Below are positions 12,213 to 24,542 of a stretch of DNA of 64,000 nt, one piece after another. The stretch's first letter is position 1, and each line of letters opens with the position of its first letter. The stretch is from Chiloscyllium plagiosum (lineage: Eukaryota). The notes beneath the pieces are model-generated. The model ran no database searches. It saw nothing but the letters and a program-made list of their open reading frames with translations, and was not told the DNA's origin. The DNA is taken from the NCBI RefSeq assembly GCF_004010195.1, contig NC_057719.1, positions 26,874,418-26,938,417 on the forward strand, given 5' to 3'. Position numbers and translations under genes: made by a program.

Positions 12213-12980
12213 GATGGCTCAGTGGTTAGCACTGCTGCCTCACAGCACCACTGACCAGATTCCAACCTTGGTTACCTGGTATATAGGGAAAGTCTTACCA
12301 GAAAAGTTAGAGGGATTTGAGGCTGTTTTCGTTAGAGAGAAGAAGGTTGAAAGGTGACTTAATTGAGACATACAAGATAATCAGAGGGTTAGGTCGGGTG
12401 GACAGTGAAAGCCCTTTTCCAAGGATGGTGTTAGTTAGCACAAGGGGACATAGCTTTAATTTGAGGCGTGATAGATATAGACAGATATCAGAGGTAGTTT
12501 CTTTACTCAGAGTAGTAGGGATGTGGAACGCACTGCCTACAACAGTTGTAGACTCACCAACTTTATGGGCATTTAAGTGGTCATTGGATAGGTATATGGA
12601 TGAGAATAGAATAGTGGAGGTTAGATGGGCTTCGGATTGGTTTCATAGGTCGGCACAACATCGAGCGCCAAAAGACCTGTACTGCGCTGTAATGTTCTAT
12701 GTTCTTGGGTGACTGTCTGTGTGAAGTTAACACATTCTCCCTGCACCTGCTTGGGTTTCCTCTGGGTGCTCTGGTTTCCTTCCACATTTCAAAGATGTGC
12801 AGGTCAGGTAGATTGGCCAGGCTAAATTGCTCCGTGGTCTTCAGGGATGTGCAGATTGGGTGGATTAGCCATGTGGCATTATGGGGATAGGATGAGGAAC
12901 AGAGTCTGTGTGGGATACTCTTTGGTGCAGACTTGATGGGCTGAATGGTCTCTTCCCACACTGTAGGGATTCTATGATTC
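12213..12980 (+). mobile_element. HE1-type SINE interrupted by a CR1 3' end (about 12276-12703)
   Basis: SINE head 12213-12275 resumes at 12704. The insert encodes LFSLERRRLKGDLIETYKIIRGL and ends in (tgttcta) repeats. Confidence 0.85.
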
Positions 12981-14593
12981 AATAATTTTCAATTTATTCC
13001 TTGTTCCCAAAAAGGTTATGAATAAAATGATACTGAAGTACAGTGCCCATATTGTGCTAGTTTTCCTGCAGTAGGAAAGTGAATATGTGAAGCAAGCATC
13101 GAACGTGACAGTTCTATTTCTGTTACATCCACAGTCTCAGGATTCTTAAGAATCTCATGTACCTTTGATTAGAGATCTAGCCTAGTTATGGCACCAGTTT
13201 GAATCATTGTAATGTGTATTCTATTTTACATCACCATTAAATCAGTGATATGATTCAGGCAACATTTGATGTATAATTTGCACATTTTTGCATAGAAGTG
13301 AAATTGTTTCAGCAGGTAGTTTCAATTCTGTCTGGTTCTGCACGGAATGACTTATGACTTAAATTTATTGCAAAATCACAAAACAAATGACCATCTAGCC
13401 TGGTGAACAGTCTGGATATATGCTGAGATTAAGATTTGGAAAATTACTTCAGTGCAAAAAAAGAAAAAAGCATTTTTAACATTTGTCATTCAGTTATGAA
13501 TTGCTGGGTGTTGATAGAAAGATGCATCTTCTCCAGACCTATTATGAATATTATATCTTACATACAGTCAAACAGAAGTCAGGTATATTGCCTTCCTAAA
13601 GAAGGTTTATTAGTAAATCATTTTGGATTTTACAACAGTTACAAAGCCACTAACTTTTAGAAGCGTCTTTTATTTTGAAACTTTTTAACAGTAATTCAAA
13701 TTCTCAAATTGCAAAGGTGGATTAATAATTCATATGTCTGGATTACTAACCAACTAACTGAACTAGGATGTTTTGTGGTTCCAGCAGTGAGCTTCTTTCC
13801 CATAAGCCAGATAAGTCAGGAGAGCAGCAAGCCCACTACCTTCCACTCACTCCTATGTTCGCACCCGTAATGGGCCTCTGCTCAAATTCGCAGGATTAAA
13901 ATAAATCATTAAATAACCCTGTATTCTCATTTTAAACAAATGTTTTTTTTTGATTATACAGCATTTTGCACGTCCGTTTTGAAATAGCTTTAAATTTGTT
14001 AATGAAAATGAGTATTAATGGATAATATCAGCTGAGATAGATGTGCTACTTTAGTTTGCCAGTGAAAGCACTTTTATAATGTATTTGCAGAAAATGAATT
14101 TAGCCTTACTTAGCAAAACTCTAAAATTAAGAGCTCACATGTTTCATTACCAAAGTAAGGGCAAGGGTACTTAAATATTGAGCCAAATGTAAAGTATAAT
14201 GATTTCAATGTGAAATCTCCTGAAACACTGAATACGGCAAATGTTAGATGGAATTGGTGGAGCTGAGCCCATGATGATCATGCAGTTTTAAAAAATTAAA
14301 ATAATACTTTGAGCTTTGTGTCAAAGTGAGTACTTTAATAGAAGTTACCATCTATTTTTAAACTATCAAGTACATGTCTGTCTTTACTCATTATGTGGCA
14401 AACAAAGGAGAAGATTTGAGGTTGATTATGTGTTAAAGTTTAATGTTGTGCTATATTTTGTTTTACAATCCATGGCTTGCCATGATTTGTAGAGATGTAG
14501 TGCATAAAGAGAGGAGAATTATTGCAAAATCACCCTTATCTTGATGACCATCTTTGTGTGCTGTTGCATAAATCTTTGCCAAGTTCCTTAGTA

Positions 14594-14811
14594 CAGTGGG
14601 TTCCCAGTTTGTGAGCATCCAACTTATGAATACTCATACTTGTGAATGAAGTCCCATACATAGGTATAATTTTAGAAATCTGGTATGCAACTGTTTCTTG
14701 TACTTACAAACAGGTATTTCACGTTATTATGCATTGTCTTCCGTATTGCCTCCAAATTGACTTATGAACGGATTTGAGGATGGAATCCATTTGCAATCCA
14801 GGGACTGCCTG
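14594..14811. mobile_element. Old Tigger/pogo-like MITE
   Basis: TA|cagtgggttccc ... gggactgcctg|TA; imperfect TIRs and TA TSD. Confidence 0.55.
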
Positions 14812-14829
14812 TATATGAACATTGAGTGT

Positions 14830-15490
14830 CAGAATGTGCTGAAGTTCTGTCTGTTCTGTTGTTTCAAAAGAAGGGTCTGGTCATGTAGGACAATGATGTA
14901 TCTGTGTCCAGTGGAGATGGTTTTGTGGGAAAATACCTTTTGACCAACATCCATTGGGCAGTGTAACTTCCTTGGTATCACGTGAGAAAAGGAGATGGTG
15001 GATCCTTTCAGATCATTCTCTGAGTAGATTAGTACCAAGACAAAACCTGGCTGTTGCTGAAAGTTTCCTCCCAGTTAGATCCTTCTCGCAAACTAGGGTC
15101 TCATTGCCTCTGTATACTGTCCTTCAGATGGCTGCAGTGGGTAGACATCATTGCTCACCTCTTTCTTGAAAGTATCTTTGCGAGGTAGGTCTGAAAAGAG
15201 ATGCAGTGGCTTTTGCGTCATTTCATTCCAAGCAGTTTCGTAACACAGCTCTATGCACTGTTGTCTGGGACATACACAAAGATTTAAAAAAAGAACTGTT
15301 GCTGGAGGAACATCAACTCAGTGAAAACAGTCTTCAGTTTGCCTGCAACTTATTAGTCTTCCTGTGCAGACAGCTGTCTAAGTGTTGCAGGTTCGCACAT
15401 TTCAATGTTCAGTAATGCCTGCTGAGGGACACAATAAAGCCTTGGGCAGCTGCTGCAAAGACTCACTGGGAAAAGAGCATAGTCTAAGGC
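14830..15490 (+). mobile_element. Tx1/L1-like LINE ORF2 C-terminal relic
   Basis: LPVRSF...AHLFLESIFAR*V*KEMQWLLRHFIPSSFVTQ...ACNLLVF..KCCRFAHFNVQ*CLLRD..AAAAKTHWEK resembles the zinc-binding C-terminus of Tx1-type ORF2. Multiple stops. Confidence 0.65.
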
Positions 15491-15568
15491 TGTCCTATTA
15501 CAGTACATTTCAAGGCTGGAACCTACGTAAAATTGCTCAGGCAATATTCAACCACAAATACTTCACCT

Positions 15569-16472
15569 TAGAACATAGAACATAGAACAATACAGCACTG
15601 AACAGGCCCTTCGGCCCACAATGTTATGCCGAACATTTGTCCTAGCTTAAGCACCTATCCATGTACCTATGGCTACCAGGCTAAGAACTTCTCATTATTA
15701 AAGAAGTATATGAAATTGGGAAGTTACCAAATGCTGTCTCTTGTGTGGACTTGTAGGCACCACTTCTTTTAGTTGGTCTATCTCAGATCTCATAAAGGTC
15801 TGTATTTGTTAGTGAAATCTGTGGGTTAATCAATTTGAGAAGAAATTTAAAGTATTCAAATGATTTAACTGAGCTTTCATGATTTTTTTTTTAATATAGT
15901 GAAGACTATAGAGCTTTATTTCATCCTTAATAACCTTTCACTTCATTGCTTATTCTTAAATCTATCCTTAAAAATATTCAAGGAGCTGCTTCCCCACAAG
16001 AACATTTCAAAGACTCACTTTGAAATGTGAAATGTGAACTGAGAAAAAGAATTTTCCTCATCTGTCTTAAATTTATATCCCCTTATTTTTAAACAGTGAC
16101 CCCTCCTTCTACGTTCACCACATACAACCTGCGAAGGCCCTTCAGGATTTTATATGCTTCAGTTGAGTCACCTGTGATTTTTTGAAACTCCAACACATGC
16201 AAGGCTGGCCTGTCCAGCATTTCACCATAAGACAATCCATCCATTTTAAACAATACTCTCACAAGCCTGCTTCAAACACATTTCCATTCTTCCTTAAATA
16301 AGATCAGTGCTGTGCACAATACTCCATATGTAGTCTTACCGATTCCCTGAATAATTGAAGCATAACCTCCCTGCTTTTATTCCATTATAAATTCTTTCCA
16401 AAATGGACAACCTCACACTTGACAGGGTTGAACTCCATCTGCCACTCCTCAGCCCAGCTCTGCATCATATCT
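15569..16472 (-). mobile_element. CR1 3' end whose interior is replaced by a duplicated segment
   Basis: (tagaaca)n tail and 3' UTR at 15569-15670. CR1 ORF2 piece (WQMEFNPVKCEVVHFG on minus strand) at 16396-16472. Confidence 0.75.
15669..16395 (+). repeat. Copy A of a 0.7 kb local direct duplication
   Basis: Near-identical to 22583-23296, from atggctaccaggctaag to ttccattataaattct. Confidence 0.95.
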
Positions 16473-16501
16473 AAAATGCAATTGTACCTGAAATGTAATT
16501 G

Positions 16502-16703
16502 GGGAGAAAGTGAGGTCTGCAGATGCTGGAGATCAGAGCTGGAAATGTGTTGCTGGAAAAGCGCAGCAGGTCAGGCAGCATCCAGGGAACAGGAGAATCG
16601 ACGTTTCGGGCATAAGCCCTGAAGAAGGGCTTATGCCCGAAACGTCGATTCTCCTGTTCCCTGGATGCTGCCTGACCTGCTGCACTTTTCCAGCAACACA
16701 TTT
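16502..16703. mobile_element. Young HHR fold-back element (about 80 bp arms)
   Basis: Arms 16541-16620 and 16626-16705. 15 bp TSD cctgaaatgtaattg at 16487-16501 and 16704-16718. Plus-strand core CTGAAGA-a-gggc ttat gccc-GAAA-cg-TC at 16619-16646. Confidence 0.9.
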
Positions 16704-17019
16704 CCTGAAATGTAATTGTAGATTTGACCTGTAAGGCTAAGTGCTGTGAGGCAGTTTACTGAAATCAGTTGATTTCTATAACACCAAATGTAACTATCAA
16801 ATTTGAAATGCTGTGTAATGTTGCCTTTACATGTTTCATGATGAAAGTATATTTTAAAAAAGTTTTAATTATAACGAATATAACAATCATGTACTGTACT
16901 AGAACCTGGGAATACTTGTGCATGGATCATTAAAGGTGGCAGGACCTTTGCTTTATAAATAGAGATATAGAGTACATGAAGAAGAAGGTGTACATTTGTG
17001 TCCTGGCAATTGTGTACAG

Positions 17020-17145
17020 TTCTCAGTGCTACATTGTAGGATGGATATGAACACATGGGGAAGAGTGCAGAAATTCTTTACAAGAATGGTTCCAGAGATG
17101 AGGAACTTCACTTGTGTGGACAGATTGAAGATGATGGGACTGCAC
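17020..17145 (+). mobile_element. CR1 fragment
   Basis: CVQFS..RVQKFFTRMVPEMRNFTCVDRL motif. Confidence 0.7.
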
Positions 17146-17615
17146 TCTGCGATGACTCGGAGTAACTTCATCCTACTAGTTGGTCTCTTTAGCATTCTTC
17201 TCGGGAAATTGTGTGACAAGAGAGGCAGAAGTGCTTGCCGATGTCAGGACCTTCCAGCGTTCACACTGCTGAACACAAGGCTGCTCACTCATTTGGAGGA
17301 GAAAATGCTCGATTTGGCCAGAAAAGGCCATGACGGCTCAAGAAAGAACAGAGAAATATCAATGACAAACTGCCCACTAAGCATTGTTTATGTTATTCTG
17401 TTCTGCTCTTCAAGTAATGTCACTGCTAACTCCATTCTGAATCTGCACAAGCTTTTATCCCTCTTCCACAATGAATTCCGTCTCTTATGCAGGTACTAGC
17501 AGCTCCTAGCAAACTGCTGCCACAAAAGGCCAACACCAGAGACCCTCAGCTCCTTGACGAAGCCAGTAAACCCTCAGAGGATGGATGTGTTTCACCTGCA
17601 TATGTGCAGAGAGAA

Positions 17616-17709
17616 GCTGAAAATGTGTTGCTGGAAAAGCGCAGCAGGTCAGGCAGCATCCAGGGAACAGGAGAATCGACGTTTCGGGCATAAGCCCTTC
17701 TTCAGGAAT
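17616..17709 (-). mobile_element. Single-arm HHR-bearing insert (GGGC family), nested in an older related repeat
   Basis: Minus strand 17673-17710 reads gattc-CTGAAGA-a-gggc ttat gccc-GAAA-cg-TC-gattc. Near-TSD cagagagaa (17607-17615) and cagcgagaa (17710-17718). Confidence 0.8.
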
Positions 17710-17900
17710 CAGCGAGAAACAGAGTTAATATTTTGAGCCCAATATGACTCTTGCTCAGAACTGGTATCTATTCTGACTTACATGTTGGGAATTTGTATCA
17801 TTGAGTTTCTTGGGAAAGAGAGAAGAATTTTAAGTGAAGTGGGAATAAGATGAGTTGGGCTCATAATGAATTGCAAATATATGGAAATAAAATTACTGCT

Positions 17901-18258
17901 GAGAACATAGAACAGTACAGCACAGTACAGACCTTTGGCCCTCGATGTTATGCTGACCTCTTATCCTGCTCTAAGATCAAACTAATCTACATACCCTACA
18001 TTTTACTATCATCCATCTGCCTATCCAAGAGTCGCTTAAATGTCCCGAAATGTCTCTGACTCTACTACCACCACTGGCAATGTATTCTATGCACCCACTG
18101 CTCTCTGTGTAAAGAACCTACCTCTGACACTTCCCCTAAACCTTCCACCAATCACCTTCAAGTTATGCCCCCTTGTGATAGCCATTTTTTGCCCTGGGAA
18201 AAATGTCTCTGGCTATCCATTCTATCTATGCCTCTCACCATCTTGTACACTTGATCAG
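17901..18258 (-). mobile_element. CR1 LINE 3' end
   Basis: gaacatagaaca tail; minus strand encodes a GHNLKVIGGRFRG-type C-terminus. Confidence 0.85.
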
Positions 18259-20699
18259 TAGTGATATTCTGAACTTACCATTTAGAGCTCAAGGAGAACA
18301 TTACAAAACATTTCCTTGGTGTCTAGATTCTGATTTTTAGAAAATTCTTGTGATTTTCTTCAAATTTTCTTGCCATTGTCCATGTCATGCCTGAGAGGGG
18401 AAACATTTGCACTGTTTGTAATTTCTTGATCATGCACATCATTAATTGTTAAATTATGTTCAGTTTTAGTGATAGAATAGTTATTACAAGGGAAGATCTA
18501 ACATCTAAAGCATTTTGCAGATCTACATATCTTTGATGAAAGAATGGTGATGTTTGTGGGGAATAGTTTAGTATGTAAAGGCTTAGGTACTTATTTGAAG
18601 AACTAATTGATTCCACTTTGTATTCTGGAAAAGTCATTTTTGTTCATTGAAAATTGCTTTGTGTCACAAACTATAGTGCAGTGTTTACATTGCGGTTTTT
18701 GGTTTGGTTTTGTTCAGATCTCCAGCATCCTCAGTTTTATTTTACTTTATCTATTTATATTTTTTTCTTTAAGTTGCTCTTATTCTTTAGAGACATTTCA
18801 AGTGCTAATCAAATTTAAACCCAGTCTTTGCTTTCGGGACTCCAGCTGTTGTCCCATTCAGTGTAAGAGCTTTACCTTCAATAGTATGGCACTTAGTCTT
18901 TGTGTCATGTACAACTTTGTTAAATCTATTCTAAACTTTGAAAAATCCACACCAAGTGCAATCCCTTAGTCTTGCTAATTTCAGGCCCTTGTATTACGAT
19001 CACCCTCGTTCCCTTTTCGTCAACAGCATGCCTGTTTATTTAACGTACTGACTTCACTATATAAGAAAACAATGAAATGAAACATTATTTAAAAAGTAAA
19101 CCAAAATATGAAAGAGTAGTGAATGCATCAAAACATTAAAGCCTTGTAGTTCTGTGAGTAGGACACATTGTGACATGACTGAATTGATGTGTTGCAAATT
19201 GCTGTCCATCATGTGGTAGCTATCCAGTAGTTGGTCAAGAATTAGTGGTTGAATATTTGATCTTTTATAAAGGTTTTATATAATATATTGCTCCTTCTAC
19301 ATTTTTGGACTGTTGTACACTCTAGAAAACTCTACACTAAAAAATTGCTACTTCTGCTTTCCTTAGGTAGATGTTGGAAAGATTTTGAATTTAGTTTCCT
19401 CATTTTTGAAATGTTACTGAGGCCAGTTATCACTGAAAATTTAATGCCAGATAGATTCCTGATTTGAGAAAAATATGATGGCTATAATCTATCTCTAATA
19501 GGCTTATCTTTTACAAAGGAAACTTACGTCATTTCTTGCTTGTGACTGTGAAGCTACACAGTATGTGTACAGGAATGGAAATATACTTCACATGATCACT
19601 GATGATCTTTTCAAAAAAAGTGAATGGTTTGCATGAATAAAGTACTTCTCAGTAATATCTCAAATACATTTTGCACAATTACTTACTACTTATTTTATGT
19701 AGGAAAAACCTTACAGCTCTTTCAATGTCAGTGAGATAACAGAGATACAATATTTCATATTTTATGAACATAGCAGAAATGTTAAACATTTCACAGTAGG
19801 ATTTTCTGTTAGTGTTTCCTGGCTCTTTGCTAAGTGACTGCCTTCAGTCTGTCTTTCACAATGGAGCCGATATTGGCATCAAATTTTGAGTTTATTGATC
19901 AATCTAAGGTGAAGAAATAAAAAAGATCACTTTGTATTTCCATATTCTGACAGGATAGAGTTGCCTATCAAAATATAGTTACATCTAGAGGAGATGTTTA
20001 GGATCCCAGCTGATGTTATTACTGGAGCAAGTTGGATCTCAAACTTAAATCTGGCTTGATGAATTTTTTTCATCAGTTTAACAAAGTGATCTGCAACATA
20101 AAATGTTGTAGATTCAGGTGTAACATATTACCCAGAAAAATATCAAGATTAAAATACAATAAACTAAACTACTTGCAGGTAATACGAATGTGAAGGCTTT
20201 GAAATACCTGGTAAAATAGAATCTTATTAATCCCAGAAAACCTTCCTCTGCAGTACCCACACCACAGACAATTCCCTTCTGTTTCTCATCTAAAAGGCCT
20301 AATTTAAATGTGGTTTCAATGACCCATTTTTGAGAATGTGATATCCTCTTCCTCCAGCCTTCATACAATTGAGCTTAGAATTTCTCAGGTTCAAATAACT
20401 CTTTCAAAGTTTTAACTGAAAACATCTGGTCTGAAAATTTTAAACTAAACTCCTTAGGCTGAGGTAATCTCTTTCTTAATGCTCCGAAAACTAACCCCTT
20501 TCTCAGAAGAAACGGTTTTACACATCCAGCTTCAGCCAAGATTACTTCAAACTACCCCATACTTCATCTATAAAGCTTCCCCCTCCCACCCCCCAAACTA
20601 TCAGTGATATCCCTAAGCTCAAAAAATTTCCAGAAAGTTTAATTTGAAAACCTAATGCACTACACTGTTTATTTTGATTACTGGTAAATGTAAGCTAAT

Positions 20700-21045
20700 A
20701 GATAGAATCCCTATAGTGTGGAAACAGGCCATTCAGCCCAACAAGTCCACACCGACTCTCTGGAGAGCAGCACACCCAGACTTACCCCCCACTACCCTAT
20801 CCCCATAACTCTGCATTTCCCGCGGCTAATATACCTAACTACAAAACCCTGCACACTACGAGCAACTTAGAATGGCCAATCCAACTAATCTGCACATTTT
20901 TAGACTGTGGGTGGAAACTAGGGAAACCCATACAGACATGGGGAGAATGTGCAAACTCCACATATACAATTGCCCGAAGGTGGAATTGAAGCTAGGTCCC
21001 TGCTGTGAGGCAGCAGTACTAACCACTAAGCCACTGTGCCATCCC
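20700..21045 (-). mobile_element. HE1-type SINE, older
   Basis: Shared SINE head, core and tail. Confidence 0.82.
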
Positions 21046-22582
21046 AAATCACCATTGTTCTTCAGGAAGTTTCTCCCTAATACTGTGGTTTAAAATGAAT
21101 CACCATGGCTGCAGAAATAATTATAAGTTGAACCTTACATCCCTTCAGACACACAGAAAACCTATATGCCACTAGTTCCAAATTTAAAAATCTAAAATAT
21201 ATAAATCACATGCCTTACATCACAAACTGTACACTGCATAGCAGTTAGGTAAAATATCTCCAGGGAGGATGTTAGAAATACCTTTGAATGATCAATATTG
21301 CCTGACAGATCAATAGTTAGTGCATCATTTTGAGAATAGCCATCTTTTGCAGTCCACATGCACTTTTGCCAAAGTATGATACCTCTAACCCTCTTTACCA
21401 GCTGGGAGATCTGTGAGAACATTTTTGCATTACATCAGCTTCTAATAGTTGTCTTCCAGCACTGCCAGTTCTATTTGCAATCCCCACAGTATGCAAAAAA
21501 ATACATCAAGTTTGAGTTGAAACTTATGGCAACCGAGTTTAAACAGAAGATTCTATGTCAGAGTATGTAGCTTTGTACACTGGCTTTGAGAAAGGGCTAG
21601 CAATGAATACATCACCAATGTGACTCAGTACGTGGTACTCGGAATTAAATTTGACTTAATAGAAATTTCACAGTTTAGAAATGATGCTAAGTGGGGGCTA
21701 ACTGATATTCATAACATTGATAATTAGTGATCCCCAACTACCATTGAGACCAGGAGAAGCAATTTCTATACTAGAAATGAATGCTATTAACACGTCAGTG
21801 CGCATATACTGAAACTGGATTTCTGCCAAGTATGTTGCAGGGCAACATTTATGTTTATAAAGTAGAAGAAGATAAATGTTGAAACCAACACTGTCCATTT
21901 TCTATAGGAAATCATGCCAAACTGTACATTATTCAGTCATAACCAGTGCCACTAATTGATTGTTTGTTGTTTCAATAACTGAAGGAATGTTAATAAAACT
22001 GAAAGGACTGATTACAAAAGAAATGATGCTGTTGTTATTAAGCTAACAGATTTGTTAGACAAACAATTCAATCCTTGTCAGTAACATAAGTATTGGCGGA
22101 GGGTATTGGAATAGTTGTATTTGGGTCAGTTCATGGATGCATAGGAAGAACCTTTGTGTGTTGTCATATTTGTGGTTCGAATGCAAAAGTAGCTCAGAAG
22201 AGTCCACAGCCCAAATGAAGAGAAGTGGTAAGAATGAAGAGGGGAGAGATTCTTACATCTATTTGGCTCCTTGGAACAGTGCAGAGAAGGTGGAGATGTT
22301 AGCAATTGTTGAGAATGGATGATGGAAAGGTAAGAATGTAATATAACATTTGAACATGCCACCAGTGGCCTTGAAATCTCATGTTCTTCTATGCTACCCA
22401 ATTTTAATGGAAGCAATCTCAGATAAGTTGCATTATTGCCTCATAATCCTCCCTGCTAAGGTTTCCTTATTGTTTTCTGTTTAACTAGTGCTTAATGCCC
22501 TGCAAATAAAGATGAAAATCTTTTGAGGACGAGTAAGGGGAAATCCCATACAATTTTCTCACATGTATTTTCTGTTTCTGAG

Positions 22583-23296
22583 ATGGCTACCAGGCTAAGA
22601 ACTTCTCATTATTAAAGAAGTATATGAAATTGGGAAGTTACCAAATGCTGTCTCTTGTGTGGACTTGTAGGCACCACTTCTTTTAGTTGGTCTATCTCAG
22701 ATCTCATAAAGGTCTGTATTTGTTAGTGAAATCTGTGGGTTAATCAATTTGAGAAAAAATTTAAAGTATTCAAATGATTTAACTGAGCTTTCATGATTTT
22801 CTTTAATATGGTGAAGACTATAGAGCTTTATTTCATCCTTAATAACCTTTCACTTAATTGCTTATTCTTAAATCTATCCTTAAAAATATTCAAGGAGCTG
22901 CTTCCCTACAAGAACATTTCAAAGACTCACTACCCTTTGTGTGTAAAAAGAATTTTTCTCATCTGTCTTAAATTTATATCCCCTTATTTTTAAACAGTGA
23001 CCCCTCCTTCTACGTTCACCACATACAACCTGCGAAGGCCCTTCAGGATTTTATATGCTTCAGTTGAGTCACCTGTGATTTTTTGAAACTCCAACACATG
23101 CAAGGCTGGCCTGTCCAGCATTTCACCATAAGACAATCCATCCATTTTAAACAATACTCTCACAAGCCTGCTTCAAACACATTTCCATTCTTCCTTAAAT
23201 AAGATCAGTGCTGTGCACAATACTCCATATGTAGTCTTACCGATTCCCTGAATAATTGAAGCATAACCTCCCTGCTTTTATTCCATTATAAATTCT
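22583..23296 (+). repeat. Copy B (probable donor) of the 0.7 kb duplication; right part is an old minus-strand CR1 fragment
   Basis: Near-identical to 15669-16395. Confidence 0.95.
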
Positions 23297-23619
23297 CCAA
23301 GCTCTCTTTCTATAAGACTGATGCCTACTTAGTTAAGTCTTTTCTTCATTTTTAATTATCTACAGAAATTCTTACAGATCATTTTTATATTTCTGGCTAG
23401 TTTTCTCTGTTACTTTAAGATTTCCCTTCTTAGAGGATGTATGGGTAAAGGGTGGTGGGTGGGTTGGCATAAGTTGGTGATAGGGGGACATTGGAGTTGG
23501 GTGCTATGGATTGTTAGGTATAAAGCATGGGGAATGGGTGAGTGGTTGTGAGGGGAGAGGGCTAAAGGATATATTTACCAAAAGAACTGGGACTGTCAGT
23601 TGTCATTCTCAAGTCTCAG

Positions 23620-23775
23620 AGTGTGGAGGTGCTGGTGTTGGACTGGAGTGGACAAAGATACAAATCACACAATGCAAGGTTATAGTCCAACAGGTTTATT
23701 TGGAAGGATAAACTTTTGTTCATTGCTCCTTCATCAGGTAGCTAGTGGGGCAGGATGATAGGACACAGAATAGTC
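23620..23775 (-). mobile_element. Decayed Penelope pLTR
   Basis: Matches 892-1012. The CTGATGA box is retained (tcatcag on + strand); the rest of the HHR is decayed. Confidence 0.7.
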
Positions 23776-24542
23776 CCATAGAACACAGGAAAACCTTTTA
23801 AAAACCTTACTTCGACACTCGGCATTCGCTGTGGCAAACTTCAGTTTGAGTACTTGGGCGGTGGGCCCAACTGCATCTGGACACTTCACCTGAACAAAGA
23901 TTTGGCAGTTTAGGAGACTTTTTATTTTAAGGTTGTCTTGGTTTGCAGGGAGAATTCCTGACTTCTGCTGTCTGACTTGGGGAGTGAAAACCCAGATAGT
24001 TATGCAGCTGAACAGTGGCTTATAAGTTGGTGTCAAGATCAAAGTGAGGCCAATAGAGATCCCTATTATTTCTGAGCAAAGGCCGGCAGGCACACAATTA
24101 AATGCAGAAATACAGAAGTTGCTGTTGGAGTTATACTGCTCTGCAGTTAGCATTCTGAAAATGGCGTTTTTCTGTATGTCACCATTAAAATTCATTGGGT
24201 GGCATAAAGCTGCTGTCTCTGCACATTGGCTATGAACTGAATTTGACCAATTAATTAACTAATTAAATTCTCATTAGACCTGGCCTGAAGTAACGCAAGG
24301 AGCTATTATGGAGCCACACAGAGTTAATTAAAGTTGTGTTGCCTGTCAAAAATCCTTTCAATTAAGTGCTAATTGTTGATTATTGTCAACTAACCCTTTT
24401 TAAAATGTTAACTTTGTTTTACTTTTCTAACTTTTTTTCTCTCTCAATTTCTCACTTTCTTTCCCTCCTTTTAATTTTTTTTCTGTACCTCATTGGCTAT
24501 TAGTTTCACCTATTCTAATTTATACTTCCTTCTTGGTCCTGG

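Noticed and set aside
16996..17499. 167 aa ORF as a gene
   Set aside because: Chance read-through of a CR1 fragment into another decayed repeat.
19950..20700. Possible gypsy gag/LTR relic
   Set aside because: Composition is suggestive, but no motif or boundary could be supported.
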